Made by a program: the position numbers and the translations under genes. The notes beneath the pieces are model-generated. The model did no database searches, was not told the origin of the DNA, and saw nothing but the letters and a program-made list of their open reading frames with translations. Source: Trichoplax adhaerens (Eukaryota; Animalia; Placozoa). Taken from it: 64,000 nucleotides of DNA. The DNA is taken from contig NW_002060948.1 of assembly GCF_000150275.1 (NCBI RefSeq), positions 5,254,336-5,318,335 on the forward strand, read 5' to 3'. Below, piece after piece: positions 38,375 to 52,581 of this stretch; positions within the stretch are counted from its first letter, which is position 1; every line of letters starts with the position of its first letter.

Positions 38375-41300
38375 AATTTAAAATATATTCTAGCTAAAGT
38401 AAATAATGCTTACCTCGATCCAACCCTATTGTTTACTATAGCAAGGATGGCAATCTAACTCTTTCATCATCTCACAATCTACTCTTACTCTATATCAAAT
38501 TGTTCGCAGTACAGTAATACTACCAGTAATATTTCTACATTATTGAATAATGACTCAAAGCGGAACATGGTAGAATGAAAATGTCAAATTAAATTCCTTA
38601 AAGTCATTATAATATATTGTTTACTTAATTTTCCTTCTTTATCATCAGTTTCAATTTTAATATTCGTATAACTGACTCCATTTCGATATCACCATTTTCA
38701 TATTAATCTTAAATATTACTTACTTAATCACCAAGCCTTATACCATGTTATTCCTATGATTGGTATTCTCAAAAACACTCATTTATAACTCTATTAATCC
38801 TACGTTCGGATCAGCTATTCGGAATTTTATTTAGCTGTCATACGTAGTAGCAGCTTCGTAGAAACAGAAATCCAACTGAGGAGCTACGATTACATCTAGA
38901 ACTGATTATTTTATAATGATTACTAATGTCAAAAATGGTGGAAAAAAATTGCCTTTCGGTAAATAGCTATGTTTTTAAATTAGCGCTTAGATATAAACGT
39001 AACTGTATTTATAAGAAAGGATTTTGCTATGCAAACAACTGTCAATGCCCATTCCATTTGAGCATTTAAGATCAAGTTACACAATAAATCGATTCTGAAT
39101 TTCAAGCCTAAAACGACGTTGTTTTGCAATATTTATTAACTAAAGATCGATAAATTATCCTTACTTCATGTAATTTGGTAATATACGCCTATATTTTGCA
39201 TTGCATTAAAATTGTTAGTATCGCAACTTAAATCATACATGCATACCTAAATAGCAAGATTACCTCAGTAATAGCTAATAGTAATTTCTTATTATTAACT
39301 AGTCAAATAGTTCTGATAGTTAATTGATCCTGAAGCATAACGTTACGCATTGATATCAAGCATAAAATACAGTGAAAACTGTAAAATTGTGATTATATCA
39401 TTTTAGCATTTAATTTTGTTATAGTAATATGTTCACGCATGAATAAGCCAAGTATTGTATATCAATTAAAGCGTAAAATATCTATCTTATTAGCCCATAC
39501 CAATATCGCTCCCAATTTCAATTGTAATTTCTTAAGTTACGCAAACTTAAAATTAAATACTCCTAGAAAATGCATCAAAACGTATGAAAATTTACAAGTG
39601 ATCATTACATCTCTATTATACGTAAACGTCCTAGAGGTGCCAAGTATCTTCAGGTTATTTGCTTAAGTCATGATAGCTGGATATAGAACCTCTTTGATGA
39701 TGATCTTAAGGTATGATTAATTCAGTGCGAGAAAAAGTTACTTTTTTGGACGAACGAAGATAATTGATGAATTCGATAGGAAGAGTTAATGTCACCAGAA
39801 TGAGAAAGAACTCATACAAAATTTTGACTGTATTCAATTCGGCTACTCGATAACGCTATATAAGCGTATTTTTTTTTTAAATTAGCTTATACTCTATCAA
39901 ATTTTGAAATCAATTACTATGCAATGGCTAAAATACTCGCATTATTCAATTTTTTTATCAGATCAAACTAGTTATTGCAAGACTTCAGATTTTCATGCTT
40001 CATAATATATACGCAATTTCTTATTAATGCAGAAGATAAATTTGCTATAATATAATTAGAAACAAGTCCGAGTGATACAGGTCAAGTAATGTCATTTTTT
40101 AATATATTAAGTGGTGCGAAACTACCGAATATATTAAATTACAGCCTAAGCTTAAAATAATTAATGAAATATAATCTTTAAATTATTATTTATAATCATT
40201 TAATTTTAAATTAAGCATAAAATTTTGTTAGCATTTCAGCTGGTATACCTAAAGATCTCACTTAACAATTTTCTCAGGTGCTATTACATTCATGGCATTT
40301 AGTCAATACATACATAAGGTAAATACGTTTATATTAAATATTCTTAATATTCTTTTGCCAGTAGCATAATTCTTTAAAAACGTTGCTACTGTTAAGATTA
40401 CTTAACGTTGCACTAGATAGTTAAAGAACCTTAAATACCTTATCCATAATTTTAAAATAATATCCTTTTTAATTCTTGTTGGTAATTTAATCTTGTGACA
40501 TATAAATTATATTAATTTAAAATAAAACACAGTAATATAATTTTAGATGAAGTAATAATGAATAATAATGATAAATATATGCGTATTTGAGCATATAAAT
40601 TTTTGAATTTCATTATTATCGTTGGTACTGTGATTAATAAAGTTGGTGTTAATTAATATCATTCGATCAAAAAGATGCAACCTTTTATTAAAGATTAATA
40701 AGGAATACTCGTGCGTCAATCTATTGCGAAAGTGAGGTAAATGAGAGGTTACCTAGCGATGTAAAAATATTGACAGCATTAAAATCGCTGGGGTTTAGAT
40801 AGAAATAAGTATACTTTTATTAAACCGTTTTCTCGTCTATACCTATCAGTAATATTACAAGCTGGGCGTACGCTGGTTAATTTAATTGTAATGTAAATGA
40901 ATGCCTTCTTTTGCATTTGGATGCTATAACGGAGAATGTGAAGGTCAAGAGAAGGTGTGCAGCAATTCATAGCTACTGAATTAAAATTACATTACGATAT
41001 CTACTGTATATATCTATAAAATCTAACGTATCATTTAAGAACATTTCGCAGCATAATCTATGATTCTAGACATAACCTTCATAAAATCTTGAAGACTGCA
41101 GTGGAAGTTTAAGTGTTTTAATCTAGTGAATGGACTATATCTAATTGACAACATACCAAGTAGAGCGTCCAACATAAACTAATACCCATATTCAATAATA
41201 TGCGAAAAATAGGACCTAAAGGTTCAACCTATGCTAGCAGACATGATTACTTTAAAATATATTGAAGGTATAAAGTACTTATAATGTAAATTTAAGATAT

Positions 41301-41420
41301 TTGTACGATTTTTAAAATTTTAATATCTCATGTTTAGCTGTTGCTGTAGCTTATTTTGCAGAATTAACTTTAAAAAATTGAGAAAAGTACTACATATCTG
41401 AGCAGATATTGAAGTTATAC

Positions 41421-43333
41421 CTCGTGCATAATTGATGCCATAATAGTATTTTGCAACTAGAATACATCAGGAATCTTATTCAAAATTGAGTATTCGTATA
41501 AGGGAAGAAATTGCTATCCTGTAATAACCAAAATGCTTCATAGTAAATATAATACAAGTGTATCTATCCAAATGAGTAACATTTCATTGATTCTATGTAA
41601 GATTTTGCTTTATATTAATGACATTGCCGATTGCCTGTGCATCAAATGCTAGCTTCAAAAATGTCAACTACTACAACATTTATCCTAGCAACTATTGATA
41701 ACATCCTGTATAGATAAATATATACCATTATCATGTAGCTAGAAGACATTATTACAGCACTAACAACTCAATAGTCGTAAGAGAAAGGAAATTTTATTTC
41801 ATAAGATAATGCTCATTGAATATGTGTAAGACAGATATAATATATTAATACTGTTAATATTGCCCTTTCATTTGCACATATTTATAAGAAAAACTTGAAT
41901 AAAATGGTTCTGTTGCTTTTGAAGCTATGTTCATGGTCTTGATTTTAGACCATCTATCCTTGTAAATAATTTCCAACCATTTTATCACCTTGACCTAAAA
42001 AGAAGCTTTCTATACTATTAAATTCTCATCTACGTGTTTTTCTATTACAGATTTCTTCAAATGACCTATTTTTACGGCAAGATTACCAGCTTATTTATGA
42101 CTAGTGAGTAGTGAAATTCCCTTTATCATTATACTACAAGAAGGAGATTTTTAATCAGCAACATATGATTCGTATACCTAGAAAAAAGAAAAGAAAAATA
42201 GGATAGAAAGACGATTTGATATAAAATTATCATCTGTAGAATTTACATTCTCAAAGGTTACACAGTTCAACCAATCTACTTTTATTTTCATGGCTATTGA
42301 TAGTGTATCTATACTTTTTAGTCACGTTATTGCTTTGTTCTTTCTAAAATAGATTTATCAATTTAAAAAATTTCCAAATTAACAATCTACAAATGATATC
42401 AATCCATCTGCTTAAGATGATGCAAATTAAAATTTACATCTTTCCCTAAAGTCTGTTGATATAATTTTAGTCCATTCGTTTAGAATGTCTGCTGTGATTA
42501 CTGTTGTTAGGGTACTTCCTGATATTATAGCTGAAGTTATCAGAAGATTAATCTAAGGCAATATTGGAAGCAATCAAGACTTAGTTAATTGTTGATAGTA
42601 TTAATGTTCGGCTAGAGTAAGCAAACAATTTTACATTTTATCTTTTTTACTTTATTCGTTAGTAATGGACAGCAACAGCAGTAACCATTCCACTTTACTC
42701 TGATTGGATGGAATCAAATAAAGGGAATCAATTTATACTTTCGATTATTATTGTCTCCCATTGCAAAGAATCCATTAGTGGCGTGATTTCTACCTATTGA
42801 TAAAAATAATAGGCATATCATTAAAACAACCCCTTTTTACATTGTTGGTGCTATAAATTCCATGTTCAAAATTTTAAATATTGATTACGAATTGTTTAAT
42901 TAGTCTTGTTTTTCCATAAAGCTTTAATATAATGCAATGCATTGATCTACCTATTATAAAATGAGTGAATTGCAATTGTTACTGCGTGATCACTTCAATA
43001 TTTTATATATTCACCCAACTGTAACTTATTAGGTAGGTAAACTTGATTAATTATTAATGGACTTTAATTTCTACATTTTGATCTAGGGTAGTAGACTTTC
43101 TGGAGACATAACAGGTAAGATAACATACTATGTTAATATTCTATCGTACGCGATAGGTTATACAATAATTAGCTATAGCTATATTAAATTTCTAATTCTA
43201 ATAGTATGATACTCATGCAAATTTTTTCCCTTCTTCAATTTCTGCATAACCATAGATTTGTTATTCAGCATGTTTGACATTCCGAATGAGCTGTCTATCG
43301 TTATGATAAAAGAAACGGGAAGAAAATTATCAT
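41421..43333 (-). pseudogene. Decayed multi-exon gene relic, possibly containing a vWA domain
   Basis: A series of pyrimidine-AG acceptors (near 43334, 42951, 42794, 42554, 42178, 41995, 41707, 41519) is followed by protein-like but stop/frameshift-broken frames: DDNFLPVSFIITIDSSFGMS (vWA beta1/DxSxS-like), EIEEGKKFA, INALHYIKALW, SGMVTAVAV, INLLITSAIISGSTLTTVITADILNEWTKIISTDFRER. Confidence 0.3.
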
Positions 43334-46300
43334 CTAGGAAATGAAAAATTGTTTACCGTTAGCAATTTTAGCACCTTGTCAATAAGAGATTCTAATGTAA
43401 AGGTAAATGTTGTCATAAGAATATTTTATTCATGATTTTTTTGGAATTCGAAGAGTCTAGAAATTTTAATATTAGCTATATTTACTTAAATATTAATCAA
43501 GCCATAGCTTAGATAATTCGTAACATCGAAGAAACTATTACTCTTCTGTCAAGATCGAGTATCGAGAAGTTTTCTCTCATGCAGTAGATAAATGCCGTGA
43601 TGAATTCATGAACATACCTAACTGCACTGATGTTGGCCATGGAAAAGTTAATAAGCTAATATAACCTTCAATCATATTGTACTACAGAAAAATTTTTAAA
43701 ATATATACATTAAGATATGCTACATTAACTAAGGTTTTGCCAATATTTCTTGCATAGAAAGAAAAATTCTTTCATTCAAAACATGATTACCATTAATGTT
43801 GGATTTAGATTAACGTGTAATAAATGCATATTAGATAATAACTAACAAAAAGCATTACATTCATTTTGAACTGTTATAAATAGAAAATACTTCCATTTCA
43901 TGGCCTTTAATTGAATAAAAAAACAATTAATACTTGTGATTTACTGTAGAAATTAGACTTCGTAGAAGGCAACAATTAAAGCCTTATCTTATTAAATTGT
44001 TAAGTAATTTTTATAGGACCGCCGAATTTTAAATATCGGTCACCAAAATTTTATTACCTTGAAATAGACTATATCTCAATACTGTTGCAATATCGCCATT
44101 TCTAATAAAAAAAACTGTATAGATCATCTCAAATGCCATATTTGTAATTCATGCATTATTTGAAAGAAATAAAATCCTATCGATGATATAAAGCATACGA
44201 CTTCAGCAAATCCAATATATTTTAGACCTACCATTTCTATTCTAGCAAGTCTAACGGACAAAACATTCGTTTTAGAAACTATGTTCAATTAACCCTTTTT
44301 ACCACATTATTAGAATATAACAAAGGAAAGTATTGTTATTCAATCGGAATAGTGTCTTTGATAGAAAATAATTCATACCTAGAAACTAATGGTTGTATTT
44401 AGTATGCAAGTTTGATGGTCTCTATTTAGTCAGCTATTTCCATCGTGTAGATTTCAATTATAAATCTTTACAAACAAAGACTATTTAGCGGCTGGTATCT
44501 TAGATCGCTGACTATACGTCCAATAGTTTACTTTAATGCCGGTTTAGTTAGCATGAATGGTATGAAATTGAAATGGTTTATTTTGAACCGATCAATATAT
44601 CAATAAATTGAGTTGAATGTTCGATAAGTGTAACTGCACTTTGACATCTTAAGATGGATGAGTCATTACATGTCATCGACATTTCAATAATTCTAAATAA
44701 TGTCTGTTCTTATAAATTTAATCTATTTCCGCTCACTAGCAAACTGCAATTAGACTTTCTTACTAGAAATACAGTATATTTCTATGTGATAAAATCAATA
44801 CCATTTGATTTCTTGTACTTGCAGAACGAGTTATATTCATATTTACAAGAATAACAATATTACAGTTATTTAGCTGAGTTGCACGTATTTTTCTATCATG
44901 TATTTTATCCAGGAATTTCTAGTCAAAATTTGTTTTGTCAGCTAATAGTAAGATAAAATGGAAGAATACTATATTTTCAAATTAGCGCTAAAGATATTAA
45001 ATGTTAGAAGGCATCAAACGGGAAATTGAAAGATTATATATTGCTACTTAACGCAGGAATGCAGACATTATATAAAGTCTAGTAAATATTCAGTCTGTCA
45101 TTATTGACTTAATAATCATGGAAATATCAATAGTACTAATCAGTTATAATAACCGATTTCCAGTAAATGTTGTTGTGATTTCAATCTATTGATCAGTAGA
45201 GATTTTTTGAAACGTTGACTAGCTAAGGACAATACATGTATAGGAGAAAGTATCTGAGGCTATCAATTGTTTTACGAGCTATTTTTAACAGTTACCTAGC
45301 TTTGGTTTATGAGATAATTTTCTGTTGATATGTCAGAAATAATAGTTCAAAATGTGGTATTAGAACGGTTAATACGACAACATGATCCTCTTATCTAGAT
45401 GCATGCCTGATAGAGTAGTTATAATGCAATATTCATCATCGATACAACTTAAATATTACATGTATTGATATTACATAGTCTGCTATATCGCGCAGAGTTG
45501 ATTGTTTCCTGAGAATATTGAACTATTGCTCAATTTTAATACAGAGCTTTTGTCTTGCACTGAAGAAATATATAATTTTAGATAACAGGTGTATCATGAA
45601 TTATATTTTTATTTTATCCCAGACTTATATCAATACTACTTGCCATCTAAAGCTTTTAATTGATGATACTTTCATAATGAATAGTCTTTAAGTTCTTATA
45701 TACCTTACTGGATCGCGGATGATACTATCTGTTACGTAAATTTATGCGGGTAGATTGCTTATGCTATATCAAAAATACATTTATGTTAATTCTTATACAT
45801 ATATGAATATGAAACTAATACTTCTGTATATCCAAAAGAGTACGTGATTAATTTTATCATTTAAGAGAAAAAATCTCTCCATAAGGTAAAGTACAATCCG
45901 GTTCTATTCAACTACTTTATGCTTTTATTAATCTATTATAAAAACCTGCTTGGAAATAGCACTAATATCCTTAGCTAAAATATTTTAGCATTGGAACTAT
46001 TTCATTCGCAAATATATCGAAAGTAATGAAGTAGAGCTGTATTGTTCAGCAAAAAAATAACTTTTACAGAATAGCAAAGCAATACATTTTTTGTAAACTT
46101 GCAGAGTCATGATTTAAAAAATTATCGCTTGAACAGAGATTTTCAGACATAAACTTTTCATTGACGTTTAAAGCTGCAATAATTTTTCGTAGCATACTTT
46201 CTACCAGTAGCCTCCAAATTATCTACTTAAAATTTAAAATCTTTGAATGATTATTTTGATATCTTTGATATCTTGCATATAATCAAGCAGAAAGAACTGC

Positions 46301-48534
46301 AAAGACTAATAATCGAATTAAACATCTAACTAGAAAATTGATTTACGTGCTTATGACGATACTTTGCCACTGCAATTCATCTAATTCACAGTAACTTCCT
46401 TACACAGAAAGCTTTTTATACATACAAGAAACCAAGAAATCTTCATAAAAGATCATGTCGTAATCCTAATTACATCCGAGAGCGCAAAAAGCTATTGATA
46501 GCTGTCTTTCAACATATCATAGGCAATGAACATTAATGCAATGAATTGTTCTGGCTATAAACAGAATATAAAATCATTTCTACAAAGAAGTCATAATTTC
46601 TTTCTTTTTATTATATTTTTATCGCATAGCGATGAGGTCTAAAATGTAATTAATTTCATTGAAATCCGCATAATTTGTAACATAATATGAAGATAATATA
46701 ATTTTGATAGCTTTGATAATCAGAGTATCGTATCATGTTATGTATTTGTATACATGTATAAACTTTGTATGAATGCTTCTTAGCTGAAATTTTTCACAAT
46801 GCAATCACTTATTATTTCAATTATTATTTTGGAAAAATGTCTATCCGTAAACTATTAAACAAAATTTTGTCTTGGTAATATTTATGCCGAGTTACCATGG
46901 CACCTATAAAGTAGTCACATACTATTGTCTTACTCTATTTACTGTAAGTGATTGAATTCACGTACCTAGTAAGCTTATAGATTGTCTATATCTTCCGATG
47001 TTATTAATGAGCAATTCAGGCACAGATATCAATTTTGTCTCAATTAGCTTAATTGTATTCCTTTCCGTATGAGTGATCACGCAAATTAGGGTACCCTCAC
47101 GTATTGAAATATGATTGCGCTATAGCATTTATCTTAGTTACGCTTTTGTTGTAATACCATGGATCTAATATCACAATGGTAAGTTAGTTCATTATAATCT
47201 ATTTCATTATTTAAACCTGTAAAAAGTTTGCAAAATAATATTGGGCAACAGTAATGATATTCTTATGATATACACGTACAGTAAAATGTTTTTACATTTA
47301 GTTATATGGTACTTGTATAACCCATTTCTGATTTACTGTAGCAATTCCATTAATAGTAATAATTTGCCGGCCTGTAAGGCTATATCATGTTTACAATATG
47401 ATTATATAATATTCTTTAAAGCTAAAGTTATACTCTATGATATATCTATACACATGCATATACGTATATATGTAGTTATTTATATTTGAATAGTGACAGT
47501 AGACTGAATCTACTATTGCAACAATTATAAAACGTTATAATATCGATTCTATTGTTGTAGACACTCCTTTAGTTCCTTGGCGCTTCAAAGTCTATGCATT
47601 TGCTATACTTTGAATAGTTCTCTCATGTACAAAAATCCCAATAGTAATTCTAGAATGCCTATTCTTTATTGAATAATACATAATTCTCACGTTGAACCAT
47701 TAAACGATCTCGCATAACTATCCTGGACTCATGATAAAAGTAACGTTGGCATTCTCGATAGAGGTATCCTTTACCCAGAAAAAACCTTCTGACCAATGTC
47801 AGTATCACAACCTACGATGCTTTTAATATGTATATTTCACCCGCGAATATTAAAGTAAAAGATTAAAAGATAGGGCTACGTACAAAAATTCGAATTTATC
47901 CGGGATACAAAATAATATTTGCTGAATCAATTACTAAGAATTATTTCTTATTTATTAGTTCGCTGCTACTACTAAAGGAATTGAAAATTATGATTGCCAT
48001 AACAGAAGTAATGTAGTTCCTCATCAGTCATAGCAGAGAAACTGATGTAAATCTATATCAGTGAATACAATAAACCGGTTTCACTTTCCTTCTTTTTAAA
48101 TATTTTATTGGACAAGTAAGCACAATAACTATTGTCAAAGGTGACAGTAAACAGTCCAACCTATGCTCTATAGGATACCACACATATAGATGATTCTTTT
48201 GATCCTAATGATTGGGCAAATACATTTCGCTACGGTTGTGATTTAGCCCTGAATCGTAGAGAATATATATATTACTTCGCCATAGTATTTATACTTTGCA
48301 TTATACAATTACGGATACACTTTCTATTTCAGGATAATAATACTGATTGCATAAATGATTGAATTATGATTTTTAATAATTAAACACTCTTGGAAATCAA
48401 ATCATGAATTGCATACTGGTATTGCTATTAAGACTAAATCATAAATTGAAGGCAAAAACAGATTTATCTTTATTAATAATGTAACTGTTTAATTCACCTT
48501 AAAGTTACAATAGTTAGTTTTATTAGAAGTAATT

Positions 48535-48547
48535 GGGGGGGGGGGGG
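48535..48547 (+). repeat. G13 homopolymer
   Basis: aatt(g)13aatt in an AT-rich background. Confidence 0.9.
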
Positions 48548-51500
48548 AATTGAATTTTCTAGTTGTGTAAACTTTTCGTTAATTGAAAGCGCTCAGTAAA
48601 CGAAATGATAGCTATCAATGGAACACTCGATATAATGGTGTAAATTGATAGTCTTCATTACCGCGTATTGAATATGCAATAAAAACTTTTCTATTTAATT
48701 TCTTGATAGTTAAAGAGCTGTAACTATGCAAAAATAGTTGACTAACTTTATAATAAACAGGTTCATAAAATAAAATGTCTTTCATAATCTGCAGTATATC
48801 GACTAGGCAAGACCTTTATACGTACGCATCAACTGTCAAGGAAACCGAAGCATTCTATTTCGACTAATCCTGAATTATCTTAAGTTTTTGTTAATGTTGT
48901 ATATCATACAACATTTACAAATATTACTATCCTAAAGAACTTTTTAGCCTATTTTTCAGTTGAAAACCAGATCTTATCATTGAAATATAAAAATTTCTTT
49001 GCGACCAGAGATAATTGTAATATAATACGCTATTTTTTTGATATAACACTAGCTATTATCGGTTACATGTAGTTATTAGTTTTATTGCATATTCATTTGT
49101 GTATCGTTAAAACAGCAATCTATGAGATATCAGAATGATTCAATATATTATTGCACAAGCAATTCCAAAACAGCCGAAATGTTCTAGAGAATAATCATTG
49201 GCTACATTGATAAGTTTTTTCTCTCTGCTAAACAATGAAAATATTACTTTACATTTAGCCATCTCTGTGGATATGGAAAAGATTTTAAAATTGGTTGTTA
49301 GATTTGTCAATAAACAGTCAAGTAGCAAAGACTCATAGCCGAGTTTTGTTTTATTGTTTAGGATGTGCTAGGAAACTTAATTTTACTTTTAGAATATAAT
49401 ATCTTCATAGTTAAGAAAAAGATCAAAAATTGGATGCTATTAATAGAAAATATCTTTGTAATGAATCAACGAAATATAACATGAGATGAAATTTCGACAG
49501 CTACTCATAAGTTACTTCCTATGATAGTCATTCAGGCTATCAAACAATCGTAAAAGTAAATAAGCCATCGTTAATGTGTTTTCATACGGAGGAGAATATT
49601 TCAATTCTTTTACATATATTAATAGTAAAAATAATATTACTTGGCTTTGTTATCGTAAAGAATGAGCCGTGATTTTAAATACCAACAGTGTGCCAATTAG
49701 GAATTTCTTGAATGAAAATTCGTTTCGTATTGTCCATACAAGTAAATTATAATAATTTTAATTCCAGATTTAGTTTCAATGAAAAAACAAATCGAAGAAG
49801 CTATCAACTATATTCTTTTAGATAAGATAAATATAACCCGTTATTTTACTTCATTGATTTTATTCAGGTAACTATTGAACTATCCCTTAAGTCTACTAAG
49901 AATCCATGATTCAAATTTGTATAACTGCTGCAGGTAAAATATCAATTAAAGTTTATCGGATAAGATCATTATGATGGCAAAGTTGGATTATTCGACATCA
50001 TGTTTATTAAATGCATTCGAAGATTGGCCAATTTCATGAAATCAACACTGGTGCAACCGTTTTTAATAGTTTTAATTGGTTACTGTTACTCATTGAATTC
50101 AAAACTTTACAATCCGATTTAGTATGGATGATTAACAAAATTTAGCTCATACTGTACATAACGTAAGTAATGATGCGAATTGATAGTGGTCATAAAGATT
50201 CTCAACCGCATCTTGTTAGGATTTAACGATCATATAGAAGCTGTAATGCGGCATCAATTACAATTTTGCAGTCACCGGAAAGAGGCTCTTAAAATTATCA
50301 TCGTAGATAAGTAGCAATATGATTTAAATAATAATTGATATTCAAATTAAATTATAATACTATTATTCCATTCAAAGGTACCGCCTGTCTGCTACGAAGT
50401 AAAAAAATATTCAAAAAACTGTTATAATTATTTCAATTCTACCAGACAGACTCCATTATTGTAGATTATTCAATTGTTAGTTTATAATTATTGTAAAATA
50501 AATTGCTTTAAAATTATAATACCGATGATATTTGTAAACACACAGTAAGTCTAGGTTTTTTAGGATTGAATAGATGGCCAGACTCCTTGTAAACAAGGAT
50601 CAAACGAAGAATATTAATTTAAAAAGCTAGATTTTATTGCCGTAAACCGACAATGAACTTACCAGTCAATTTTGTAATGGGCTATTCTGCAATATGTTAG
50701 GAAGTATTAGAGAGTTTTATAAAGTAAAATATATTGTATTTTAACAAGCAACATATTTCGTGTAAGATGACCAAATTATGCATGATTGTGGCATTATGCA
50801 TATCTAAGTGCTGTATTTACGAAATTATAAAATTTTTCGACGAAGCTACTGATGTTCGATTTTTGGTGTCGATAATAGAAATGCTGTAATAAAAATATCG
50901 AAAGTACACACTAATTGTAATTGAAAGACATCTATAGTTCCGTTTGTTTTGCTATATCTTTATTAAATTATTATAATTAAATAGTAAGATAATTTTATAA
51001 ATCTGATACACAGTATGAATCCAATAAATTACTTTCACTCAGGATATTCTAATTTAAATTCATATCTTAGATCATTATATTTTAAAAATTTCCAAGTAAG
51101 CTTAAGAGAATATTTCTTACTAACTAAATCAATATGGAATGGTTAGTCTAATTTTATATGGCCGAGGGAACTTTGCATCTTCGGATTTCTATTAACTTAC
51201 CTAAATTAATGATAAGCTACATAGAATAAAATATCTTATTCTGTACAGCTTTGGGCGTAGATTTATAATTGGAACAATAATAACAATTTAGCCAAATTCT
51301 TTATTATAGTTGCGTGTACAGTATGAGTACACCATTGAGATATCTGCATGCTACTATAGTGAGTCATAGTGAGCACTGAGTTATATATATGCGTGCAGAA
51401 TTTAATCTCTACTTCTCTTCAGCTAAATATGTTTGCAATTACTCCTGATGAAATGTGTCCGAAATATTATTATTTACTGATAATACGCGTAGAATGCTAA

Positions 51501-52581
51501 TCAGAACCTCCGCAAAATCTGCTTAGCAATGTTGTCTATAATCATAATCGATGAACCAGAATTTCCAATTTTCAGCAATCAATTTCATATGAAAATACTA
51601 CCTTCTGACATTCTCATCTCAATTTATTAAGTGAAAGAATCTACTGGGTAACAATATCTGCTAAATAGAGAAAGCGATATTTGCAAGCTGACTGTACGAC
51701 GTATGTTTACATAAATTAAAATTAATGTAAATTAACACTAATGAGATAATGTCATTATAGGTACTAGAAAATCTTGATCTTACTTAATCGATATTTATAA
51801 TATGGATTACTTTCTATTGAACAATAAAGCTACCATCAATTTCCCTAGGTTGAAAGAGGCAGCATCGATTATATCTAAGATCTTTAAGCCCATATACACT
51901 TTGTATTCATACTACAGTGCTTCATAGTTAAATTGATTATTCTTCACCTTTTGCTCTAGAGGATTTTGACTTAGGTTATGGTGCTTTAAATAAATAAATT
52001 AAAATGGAGAAGTAGTTATCTTATTCTTGAAATATATTTATTCCATGAATATTGATATTCAAGAGATGCTTCATCATAATTAAAACTTGAACAAAGATTG
52101 AGAGTTTTTCAACGGTTTCGCGTATAAATAAATAATATGAATGGATGCATAATGCTAGTTGATATCTTTTAAAATTTGCTTCATTTACATAGATATATGA
52201 TATTTTTCTGTGGCAACTACCGATTATCTTTAAAAGTATAAGGCACAAGTTTAAGCGAGGTATATAAGTATGTAGTAAATATGTCCTTCCAAAATTCTTC
52301 TTGAATGAATATATTCCAGATAGAGCAAAGATAGTTCAACTAATGAATAAATGCTATACGAATATTCACAGTATTATATAGATTTGAAAATATTAAATAA
52401 AATCAGAAATGCGTAAGCCGAATCATTTATCAGTAATCGGTAAAGCAATAGCTATTAATGGAATAGATTGAAATGTTCATATTTTATAGACGGATAGATG
52501 AGTAGATCATGCAGATTATAAGTTTTAATTATTGGGAATAGTGATGCATGCGTCGATGAGCCAATAGGAATGCTAACTGGT

